A stretch of DNA of 63,261 nt, filler included, from Choristocarpus tenellus KU-1152 (taxonomy: Eukaryota > Protista > Phaeophyceae), in the NCBI GenBank assembly GCA_964200185.2. It is 7 parts of 7 records of this genome, joined end to end, with 100 filler letters (N's around TTAATTAATTAA, not from the genome) between each part and the next. Parts side by side here need not be neighbours in the genome. Positions count along the whole stretch, not along the records: positions 12,250 to 27,953 come from CAXNAD020000945.1; positions 28,054 to 40,856 come from CAXNAD020001699.1; 5 more parts are not named here. The stretch is one strand, 5' to 3'. How positions within the stretch are numbered: the stretch's first letter is position 1; every line of letters begins with the position of its first letter. Below are positions 24,953 to 35,446 of the stretch, piece by piece. The position numbers were made by a program, and so were the translations under genes. The notes below the pieces were generated by a model, which had not been told where the DNA came from, did no database searches, and worked only from the letters and a program-made list of their open reading frames with translations.

Positions 24953-26120
24953 TGAGGTAGATGTCAAAACTAAGACATACACAACACATCAGAACAACAA
25001 AAAGTGTAGTTCTCACACAGCTTCACTGTGGTGCAGGTTTGTGTACTCCGCTATAACATACCGTACAACAGAGCTAATGTTCAGTCTTTCCTAATGAGAA
25101 TCCGCAAACTAAACCTGGAAAGTCGAGCTATGGCGTCATCGGACAAATCAATTTTCTCTCACTTCGAAAAGTGGTCTATCTGATGTGTTGCCTTACAAGT
25201 GTTAACACACGCTGCATTCACGACCTCTGAAATCGACAGAAGTTAAGTACCATCTCATGTAGACATATCTTGATACCAACAATAACGTGCAAAAAAACTT
25301 GACCAATACGATGTGATTCTGACGCCACAGTCAACGGTCCATGTGTCAATATACATGCACGAATGTTCAGTGTAAACTCGTTGATAATCACATCTGTACA
25401 ATACATCCACGAGCGAGTCAATAACATTGCGCCCGTTGATACATACATCAAATACACGAAGCCACCAGGAAATGGATGTGCACCACACAAATTTGGAATG
25501 TAAAACACGGCTGTCAAATCTTACTCTTGAGGTTGTTCTCGGGGAGGTTGATCTTCACAACGTACCCTTCCTTCATCGTAGACTTCAATCCCGTACCACG
25601 TTGACAGATCATGGGCATTGGAGTTCCACCCGGTATTATTCCACCACAGATGTCCATTCGTGGAAGCATAGAATTCAAGAAGAATCTCCCGTTTCGTGGC
25701 TGTAGTCGACAAGCGAAAGGCAACAAGCGACAAATGCGATATAAAATTTGTTAGTTGCTGTTCTCTGTTTGCCATTTTCATTCTCAAATTCTCAACCTAT
25801 CACCTGAAACACCATGAAAACAACCCACCTGCTCTCTCAGATGATTCCAACCTGCTAGCCGTCGTCCCCATGACCGTCCATGAACGTGGACAATCACATG
25901 CCCCAGGACGACAACAAATGCAATTTGGGTGTAATCTACTTGTTGGCTCTACCTCTTTGGTGCGTGATAACCATCTACCATCAACAATGAGCAAGTGAGG
26001 TGAATGGGTATGGTGAAAAATTCGTCACTGAAAGATGAATTGGAAAGATGTAAAAAAATATTCAAAATATAAAATATTTCAATTCTTCTAACTCTCTACA
26101 AACACCTCACCTCTCCAACC
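24953..26120 (-). repeat. In-line copy B of the ROCO 5' module (frameshifted LRRNT exon)
   Basis: MGTTASRLESSERA|ATKREILLEFYASTNGHLWW... with an extra CTTC near 25570 relative to copy A. Confidence 0.88.
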
Positions 26121-26159
26121 AAATTTACAAAATCGAGGAAATATCACTAACCCACCAAA

Positions 26160-26520
26160 ATAAGAACAGGTTCCGTCCACGTTCTAGAAAAATCGGACAA
26201 TAATCCAGCATATTTTCCTCTTACATGTCCACTAGGTATTGAACCAATCCATATCCGGTGTCTAGACCAGGCCAAACTTTCTCTTACATGTCCGGAACAT
26301 GTCCAATGCGTATTGTACCGGTCCATGTCCAGCCACACAGGGTCAAGTATTTTTTAACATGTCCAGATCATGGCCACTGGGCATCGTACCAGTCCGTGTC
26401 CACCTACCACAGATTAACTTTTTCCCTTGCATATCCGGACCATAACCCCCCACCAGTTCATTTTCTTTCTGGTGTGTCCGAACCATGTCCACGACATGTT
26501 CTCCAAATCCAGTTGTCAGT
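26160..26520. repeat. Tract dense in (A)TGTCC/GGACA motifs, possibly a DNA-transposon subterminal region
   Basis: Many TGTCC/ATGTCC/ATATCCGG motifs in ~360 bp and no credible ORF. Confidence 0.45.
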
Positions 26521-27142
26521 TTAATTTGGCCTTTCCATGCGAATAATGAAAATGTGTTCGACATATTGAAGGATAAGTTATACTCCATTATATGCATATA
26601 GAGCACTCTTTCTAATTATCTCCAGACCTCCTTGGTTCGAAATCATGGGGAACTTACACTTCTGTATATATTATTATACCCTCTAATATTTTGGATGTGT
26701 AAGAGGGAAAAAAACAAAGCAATATCACAAGGACTAATGTAAAAGTTTTTAAATGTGAAAGATGTCTCTCGATAATATATTTAAGATTTTAGTATCTGCT
26801 ATACTACAATCACTCCATTAGAGCTTGGAAATTACAGCTATGTGTACATTGCTGCTATGCCTCCAACCTATCTCACCCTTACACAACTGGGTGAGGAGCT
26901 AGGGAACCATCCCAAGAATCTGACAGGCCACTCCTTGCCCATCCGGTTGGAGTCTCTAGCTTGAAACACATGAAATTATCTCGAGAGAGTCACTTGTATA
27001 GTGAAAGACACTATGTGTCATAAGCGGGTTATGATTGCCCCTTTCTTCCTGTAACCTCCCGCCCCTCTCCCCTTTACTCCGTGTGTAGCCAACTCATCCA
27101 GAAAACTGTTACAACGCAGAAGTCTTGGTAGGACCTCCATGT

Positions 27143-27575
27143 TAAAGCATGCTCCAGAACTCACCTTCACAGAATGTGTAGCTCTATTTCAACGACCTTA
27201 AAACGACGCTACTGGGGTATTTCCACAGTTGATAGTCATGTGCGGGTGTCAGCAACTCTTCTCTCGATGCTGCACTTAGTGCTTAGCTCAAAGCTTCTAA
27301 TGTTTTAATCGAGAAATAAAGAGTGAATCTCAAGACGTACTTAGGTGACTGTCAAAATATTCTTTATTTGCATCATCCACCCGAATTCTACAGGCTGAAA
27401 GTTGAAAGACATCTGCCAGCCATTGTATACGTACTCAAATTATAAATCTTTCCTGCAACTTCTAAGAAATAAGCATATATTCTGTAAGGTCACCTGTTTA
27501 CTATAAATCTCGTATACTGCTCGCGCTTGCTAGAACACGAGAAGAAATGCTCGTGCTATTTGCCTGTAACAAAAC
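27143..27575. repeat. One diverged unit of a ~410-bp repeat family
   Basis: Reverse-complement similarity to the tandem units at ~47520-48370 (GTATACTGCTCGCGC..TTG...GAAGAAAT.CTCG.GCTATT.GCC). Confidence 0.65.
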
Positions 27576-27932
27576 CTTTCCATTTGGATATCGAGGCGCC
27601 CAAAACTTTCCACCGCGAATGTGTTGAGGTTAAAACTAACCCTAAACCTACTTAGAGCAGATAGAACTTAAGTGTTTAGGGGATAGGAGACACCTTGGAC
27701 AATGACAAAACATTATCATAGGTGACCAGGCAGAGCTCCATACATGGGAGGCTTTTCTCCTTGTTTTATGAGGAAAATGTGGGTGAATTCACTTGGCAAG
27801 ATTCTGCAGAGGCAGTTCTTCAACGTCGCACTGCTATATTTCCACAATAAGTCTCAGAAATTGCGAAATGAAAGACATTCATGCGGTTTTTTCATGTTGC
27901 AGCACAACTTACGATTCCTTGATCAAGAAACA

Positions 27933-27953
27933 GACCCAAAGTATCTGGGGGGG
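27933..27953. mobile_element. MITE family A terminus at a contig end
   Basis: GACCCAAAGTATCTGGGGGGG directly before the linker. Confidence 0.7.
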
Positions 27954-28084
27954 NNNNNNNNNNNNNNNNNNNNNNNNNNNNNNNNNNNNNNNNNNNNTTA
28001 ATTAATTAANNNNNNNNNNNNNNNNNNNNNNNNNNNNNNNNNNNNNNNNNNNNCCAGCTAACCCTCAATTGTCCCCCCACACGT

Positions 28085-28334
28085 CCTTAGAGGGTAGAGC
28101 CGTGTCCGTTTGGGGGTAAAAATCTAATATTGCGATTTTGATGTAATTTTGGCTATTGTGTTTGTTAGGAAGTGTCAATATACTTGTTACAGACACACAC
28201 ATTTTCATAAAGTATACATTTTACCTACTCTGAAACATTTGGCAGTAGGTAAAATGTCATTAAAAACCCGTGGGAAGCCAAGCCCCAAATGGACAAACAG
28301 GGTAGCACTCGTACCCTCTAAGATACTTTCACTC
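28085..28334. mobile_element. MITE family B copy (left end slightly truncated)
   Basis: Colinear with 1980-2238; right TIR ACCCTCTAAGATACTTTCACTC. Confidence 0.8.
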
Positions 28335-29034
28335 TCTGTAATAGCCAATGAGGAGAGAGCAAGAGAGCAGTAGGAGATAGTCCGTCCAATCATGTGGGTG
28401 GTGTAGGAGGTTGAATGAGGTCGTGATCATTGAGAAAGGTGTTCTACTATGGATTGTCATGATTCTTCTCAACATAATCAGTGCAAGTACGAATGTGACA
28501 TAATGGTTAGGGTTAGGGTTATTCTATTGGGGGAAAGGGATATCCTTGTGACATCAACACTACCTCTCAGGTGTGGATTGACTCACACCCAACCTTCAAA
28601 TGGACTACAAATAAAAGATTCATTGCAGTTACATTACAGTTACTCTGTGACAAACGATTCTCCACAGAAATGTATACTTCACAACATGGTCCCCGGAACA
28701 GAAAATTTCAGGTATAACCTTCACTGCAGTATCAGGGAAGGAGTAGGGGATGAGTGATCCAAAGATAGCCAACATCAACAACAGCAACAGCAACAACAAT
28801 AATAATAATAATAATAATACCAAAATGCCATTATTATTATTATTGTATTTTTAATAAAGAAAAAACCATCCTTATTGACCTTATTTCACCCCCCTACCCC
28901 TTGACATACTCTAGCAGCTTGTGACACACTAGTGCCTACCTTGAAACCTAGTAAGGGTTAGGGTTATTGTTCAATGACAATTGTATAGGTAACACAAAGT
29001 TAAGGTTAAGGCTAAGGCCATGGCTATGGCTAAC

Positions 29035-32000
29035 CTGGCTCGCCTCCACCTCTTCCTCACTCCTAGCAGCATCTTCCACCTGGAATGGAAGCATCACATC
29101 TGCCCTGCTAACAACATAGATGCGAGATATGTTGATCTCTACATTGGTCTATTTACACACACACACACACACACCAGTCAAGAAGGGGCAATCACACAAA
29201 GGTTGGTTGTAAAGGCTGCTAACGTTAATGGTTGGGCTCAAAGTATCTGGGGGTGGTGGTGGTGGTGGTGGGTGTCCATTCGGGGCCAATTTTTTCCATG
29301 TCGTAATTTTTGCGTGATTTGGTTTCATATGTCGGATGGATAATGTAAGTGCACATTTCCTGGTTTTGGTCCAAATGGACACCCTGGCGTAGAGCCCCCC
29401 CCCCCCAGATACTTTGGGTCTTGGACCATCAATTCTGATGACATATTCATGTTAATAGTATCACACAGGATCTTGGATGGAGAGTAGATCGTCTGGATGT
29501 GATGTGATGTGATGTGATGTGATGTGATTCGATGTGATGCAACATTCAACACCACTCCACAGATAAACATCTTGTTTTACATGCGTGTTACTCTTACAGC
29601 TCTTCTTGTAACTACTAACACTATATTATTACTTTCAGCACTACTCTCAAGACACCATGTGGAGAGACAGGCGGTGCTTCACCCAAACAAAAAACAAAAA
29701 GTAGGTTTCAAGCGATAAGGGATAACACATATTGGGCATTTACATCATGTTATGATGTTATGATGATGACAGTGTGTATTCAATGAGACATCAATCACAA
29801 GCAGATTAGACCATGCATGCAACACTCTCACATATGTACATATGCGGAACACTAACCCTAACCTTCAAAGGGCTCTTATTCTATACTAAGTGGATACCTC
29901 TTACGATGCAAAAATCCCTCAATCTTATTATTACTTAGCCTAAGACCCCTTGATCATAATAAAATAATCACAATAGCCCCTCAACCATATTATCACAATA
30001 GCGGTAATTGGTGTGGTTCTCTTACCTCCCAATGTCAGCATGGCTCAACAGACTACAACTGTAACTATGAACACTAGTAGTACATACCTACTACTATAAC
30101 TATAAACGCTAATGGTACATACCTACTACTACAACTACAAACACTAATAGTACATACCTACTACTATTACTATAAAAGCTAAAAGTACACACCTACTACT
30201 ATAACTACAAACACTAATAGTACATACCTACTACTATAACTACAAAAGCTAAAAGTACATACCTACTACTACAACTACAAACACTATTAGTACACACCTA
30301 CTACTACAACTACAAAAGCTAAAAGTAGATACCTACTACTATAACTACAAACACTATTAGTACACACCTACTACTACAACTACAAAAGCTAAAAGTAGAT
30401 ACCTACTACTGCAACTACAAAAACTAATAGTACGTACCTACTACTACAACTACAAAAACTAATAGTACGTACCTACTACTATAACTATAAACACTAAAAG
30501 TACATACCTACTACTACAACTACAAAAACTAGTAGTACATACCTACTACTATAACTATAAAAGCTAAAAGTACATACCAACCTGTGTGCATGACTTGACA
30601 TTCGCATCAACCAGCAAGCCCTGCACATCCACCACACTCTCAAGAGGAAGTGATCCCACATACTTGATCAGTCTGTCACATTAACCAATCATCAAGCAGA
30701 GAAACAAATTCAGTCAAAAGACAATAGACAGAAGTATAAATGTACACACAACCCTGGACCCTCCTTCAGAGAAGCCAATCGACCAATCAATGAGGACAAC
30801 AGCCCTCAGCATAGTCAGTGCCAAAAGACAATGCTAGAAATACTACAGGGCTGGCTCTGGAGCAGTGAGTGCCACTGGTGAACATCGATGACAAAATGTG
30901 AATGCGACAGATATGAATCCTGTCCTTAGAGTTCAAATAATGTGAAGGTGTAACTGTAAACACTAAGGAGACAGTATACAGTCAGTACGACAGAATCGTT
31001 CATTGGGGGAATACCTTCTCGTTGCAGGTAAACCGCCAGAGGGGTACTCATGAGTCTTAAGAGGGGCCTAAATGGCGCAAGAGTAGCTGTGCCAGCTTTA
31101 AATGCTCTAACCTCCAGTGCCCTTACAACCACAAGAGTTGCTGCCCCAATAATAGGAGAGGCGGCCCTACCTGTTGCTGCAGCTATGATTGCACATAAAG
31201 CAAGCTAACAGCATGCCAACGATATTAACAGATATGCAGACATAGCAAGAAATAGTGAAAGAGCCTAACCCTAACCCTAAAGTCCAGGCGTTAAAGAAAT
31301 AATAAAACAGTAATTTCATGACACGAGTGCGTCATCAATCAGCCCATCAAGTCTCTGAGGCAACACCACAAGCAGACCCTCTCGCTCTTACAAAGTGAAC
31401 ACACACACACACACAAGTATGTATTAATAGCACCTACAGCACATCAACAACAGAACAGACACATATACTGGACCACAAAAAGAATGATAGTAACAATCAT
31501 TACCGACCCCCCCCCCCCCCCCCAAACCAACCCCCACACCCCCCCCCCCCCCCTGGGGCGGACCCCACCACAGGAAACCACCCAAAAANNNNNNNNNNAA
31601 ATATACGCGACCACAAAAAAAAAGAAAATAAAAACCATTCCCCACCCCCCCCCCCCCCCCATAACCCTAACCCTAACCCCTCTCTCCAGGTCTGAGGCGG
31701 ACCCCAACAGTGGAAACCAGCTAAAAAACAAAAAAATTGATAGCATAATATCTATGGCACAATAAGGTGAACCTAAGAGTGAGAGGGACAAGGGCTTGTT
31801 GTAACTCCTTACCTCTTGGACTCTTCTGCCCTTTCCTTGTCCTTGAAGTGAAGTGCCTGAACAGTTGATGTATCATGACCACCCTCCCTGATCACGACAA
31901 ATGCAGATCCTCCCTTTGCTCGAACTTGATGTACTCGCCCACGTATCCACACCTACACACCATTGCCAACGAGGGGGGGAGGGGGGGGAGAGTTGAAGGT

Positions 32001-35000
32001 AGAAGGTGTGCCATGCTTCACGGAGGCAATAGGTTCTGCAGTTAGAGTTAGGGCTAGGGCTAGGAATACCCAAATCAATGCAGCTGTATGGATGGTAGAA
32101 CCCTAACCCCAACATCAACGGTAGCGTCTAAGTACACAGTGTTAGTAGATATAATAGTAACATATGCTATCCACAACTGGAGCACTATACTATAAACATG
32201 GATTACACATTACACTTCAAAGCATTTTCTTGATCCTATCCCTAACCTTATCCCCATGGACCTCACCTTTCCAATAAAATGTCACTGCTATGCATTGCAG
32301 GGTTAGGGCTTGGGATGGAAGAATGTGCATGAAAGCACTCAAACCCAGAGTGAACAGAAAACAGACATAATGACTGTAACAATTAGGAAGGCGTATCTTC
32401 TCTCTCTATATATATATGCAAGGGGCATTGGGGCATTGGGACATTGGTAGCTTAGACTCACAAACAGAATATGTCAAAAAATAGAAATACTTGAGGTAAG
32501 AAGGCAAAAATGACAGCAGCTTTTGCTTGGGAGTGCTGTGGGAAGGTTGATTTGTATTTGAACAAAAAAGCAAGGGCATGCTGGACTTTATCAGGTTGGA
32601 CAATGCACCCTCCCATCACAAGCACCTATCGACACGTGCTTGTGCCAAACAACTCTCACTCATGCCTAACACTTGACAAGTAGATTTGGCACCTCAATGA
32701 ACAACTCTGGACTGCTTGGGACTCTACCACCGCCTTAGTCTCCTAGTAGCCTTAACCCTTGAGTGCTATCGAAAGCATACATACCACTCTGGAGCACTAA
32801 ACGACGAAGACATGAAGAGAGTAAGAAATTTCAATACAAAACAAATAAAATGGAAATAAAACATCTTTCAGTTTCTTCAATAGCGGTTCGCACCTCATCC
32901 CCGGCTCCAGGGCCACCCTCGGCTCCTAGCTGTGCCACAGAGCTGAAGTGCCTTCCACTCTCTGAGGCACTCATCAGCACGGCATAGTCGCCCATTATTT
33001 GCTTTGGCTCCTTTGCCCCAGCGGCTAGTTCGTCTTTTGATGGGTACACTATCCTCTCCAGACCCTCTAGGGGGTCTGCCCCTGCATTTGCAGCCATTTT
33101 TGCTACCTATTTGGTAGTCCACAGAATAGACACTCGGGTCTTTCAGTAGCGCCTGACTCGATCTACTATAAAACTTCCAAGTAATATGATACTATATAGC
33201 ATGTAGCAGTGTGTAACAAAAAGACTCAAGGTCCAGGATTAATAGGTACCATGGTGGTGTACTGGTCGATTGAGTTTCACTCTGACCCCAATCTGCACTA
33301 AAACAAAGTAATAGTATCAACAGTGCTACTGCCATGGAAAAACGTTAGGGTTAGGGCTACTGTGTCTAGAGAGTGGGTGCCTCAATATTACTGAGGGATT
33401 GCAACACAATTGATTCAAACACCAAATAAAAAAAGGATACTTCACACTTTCAAGACACACTAGATAAACACATTGTACAAACACAGAACAATTTCATGAC
33501 AAACGTACTCCGATTCTTAACAAAATTTACTAAATTTTTCAGCACAACTCAGCACTACCAAGTTGAGGGCTATCTATCTGCATGTACAATGTATTGCAGT
33601 TTTCTCCCCTAACCTCCCCTACCCTCATCATTGATCTGGATAAATCATCCTTCATCCGCCCACAGGCACATTACATTCTTCACTGTGTAATCCATGTAAA
33701 ATTGTGGGGTCACCACCCTGCACCTACCCTGCACAGGATAAGTCTGTTTCCCCAGCATAAGCCAACCCTGCTTGACATTTAAAATAGACTCCCAAGTGAT
33801 TGCTTCTATATCAGCCCCAACCACCACATAGCCTTTTGCTTGCACCTAACCATTCTCTCTCACCCTCCTGGCCTCCTTTTCCTCTTTCTTTGACCTCTGT
33901 TTCTGGGCTTCTGCTTCCTTAGCCGATGCTTTGGCCTCCTCCTTTGCAGCCTTTGCCTTCTCTTTGGCAGGGTCTTTGGGGGGACCATACTCTTTGCCTG
34001 TGACCTTTACAAACAGCTGCTTCAGGCTCAGTAGCTCCTGCGCCCATCATGTAAGCAGTCCAATAACAGAGTAAATCGAAAACGGCAAATGAGGACAGAC
34101 AACCAGGAGGGCTCGGGTGCATAGGCGGGAGAGTTTCAAAAAACATGTTTCATTTGATCAATCACAACTTTGGAAAAGGTCAGGGAGGAACTAGGGCCTG
34201 GAAAAGGAACCTTCGGGGCGAAAATATGCTTAGTCTTGGCCGCAACTGAAGAAATGCAGGGGGGGTGGGGGGGCTAAGGTAGTGGCAAGAATAGAGGAAA
34301 GGGGAACATTGAAGGAGGATGTCTAAGGACATCCTGCAGTGTTACCAGGGTTTTGCATACCACACTTGCCTCATTTAACAGGCAGAGGATCACCCTCTCA
34401 ATATCGGGCTTCCTCTCTACTTTAGGCCTCTTTTTCTCCTGCTAACACGTTCACAAACGAATCACACTGCCAAAGCAATTGTCCAGGAAGCACCATGAAG
34501 GCAGAGTCCCTGCCCTGTCACAGACAAACCTACACCTACGAGTCCAAAGGCAACCATAATCTGATTGCTTCACCTCAATGTGAGGCTTAAGGTCTTCCTT
34601 GGTAGCACCACCTGACTTGAGGTCACGGATGGTGTTCCCTTTTGCGACGATTTGTGCTGTGATTATACCCTCTTCATCGGATGGAGTTGACACTGTTGCA
34701 GCCTCCACAGCAGCCCCTGCTGAACACATGTGCCGTATCTCCTTGCCAACACCTAGAAATTGGCCCACTTGCCTTGGTCTAGCAGGTCTCACCCAGTATG
34801 GGAAGCTATCCAGTCGACGAGGAAGGGAGCGGAGACCTGCGGGCGAAATAAACGCGCAATCACTCTGGAATCTGGGAGACATGATTGTACCCCAGGCTGG
34901 TCTGGACCTTGAGGTAGATCCAAGAACCTGGAGCAGTCCAGCAGCGCGACCAGTAAGGGCTAACATTATGAGAAGAGTTGTCACCAGGGCGCCTCGAAAC

Positions 35001-35035
35001 GGCCCCTGCAAGTATAGCTTGAGGATTGAGGGCAT
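29035..35035 (-). CDS. DARS: Aspartyl-tRNA synthetase (eukaryotic cytosolic type) with WHEP domain, 5' part only; exons ~35035-34574, 34037-33864, 33106-32894, 31952-31813, 30672-30582, 29148-29035
   Basis: WHEP-like IVAKGNTIRDLKSGGATKEDLKPHIE|ELLSLKQLFVKVTGKEY; OB-fold VWIRGRVHQVRAKG, LPLESVVDVQG, VKSCTQ and LPFQVEDAARSE. Phases are consistent. The start codon is uncertain and the catalytic domain lies beyond the contig end. Confidence 0.9.
29235..29420. mobile_element. MITE family A copy in an AspRS intron
   Basis: GGCTCAAAGTATCTGG...CCAGATACTTTGGGTC with TTG(G) on both flanks. Confidence 0.82.
30060..30578. repeat. 35-bp minisatellite (~14-15 copies)
   Basis: Unit TACATACCTACTACTA(T/C)AACTACAAA(C/A)ACTAATAG with variants, abutting an AspRS exon. 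Confidence 0.92.
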
Positions 35036-35446
35036 TGGACCAAATACTGCGATGGTAATGGGTCAATGAAATGCAACAAACAAACGTCACAGAGCTGGCC
35101 ATGTGGCGCCACGAGTCAGTGATCTTTGAATCTCCTCCCTACCATGTATTAACCACACCACCCACAGTCTTAGCACTACCACTTCAACTATTACTACTGC
35201 TGTTGTTGTAATATTTCCTTACTTTCGTTGTAGTGGTAATAGTAGAAACTTTCTTACTTCTACAACATTGAACAACAACAACATAGAGGACTCATTGCTT
35301 CTCTGTGAAAAGGTGTCGCGCCGAAGTTTCACTCTATCAAAAGCTGGGGTATTCCCCTCGCCACCTCGAACATTGACGGCCCGGATTCACCACTATTTCC
35401 AACTTCTTCTGAGGGACGACTCACCATATAGTTGACCTTCAACTAA
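35036..35446. promoter_or_regulatory. Probable bidirectional promoter between AspRS and ABCA
   Basis: Head-to-head coding starts about 0.4 kb apart; inferred from geometry only. Confidence 0.45.

Larger units (their letters stand above)
14453..25871 (-). pseudogene. ROCO (LRR-ROC-COR) receptor-like gene, pseudogenised; exons 25871-25829, 25699-25525, LRR 24148-24077, 21148-21077, 20494-20423, ROC ~19673-18581, COR 16794-15544, last exon 15046-14453
   Basis: ROC GTPase motifs KVVLVGEVCAGKTS, TRGVDV, WDFGAH, VGTHID and VSC; COR motifs LYLDPSWL..ILDHRL and GYLRFLWR; LRRNT exon and 24-aa LRR exons. Lesions: stops at 19526-28, 16165-67, 15940-42 and 14669-71, a 4-nt duplication near 25570, a broken donor at 24076, a disrupted frame near 19600 and an insertion at 14728-14926. 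Confidence 0.88.

Noticed and set aside
30060-30578. CRISPR array
   Set aside because: Contiguous tandem units without unique spacers, in a eukaryotic intron, with no cas genes.
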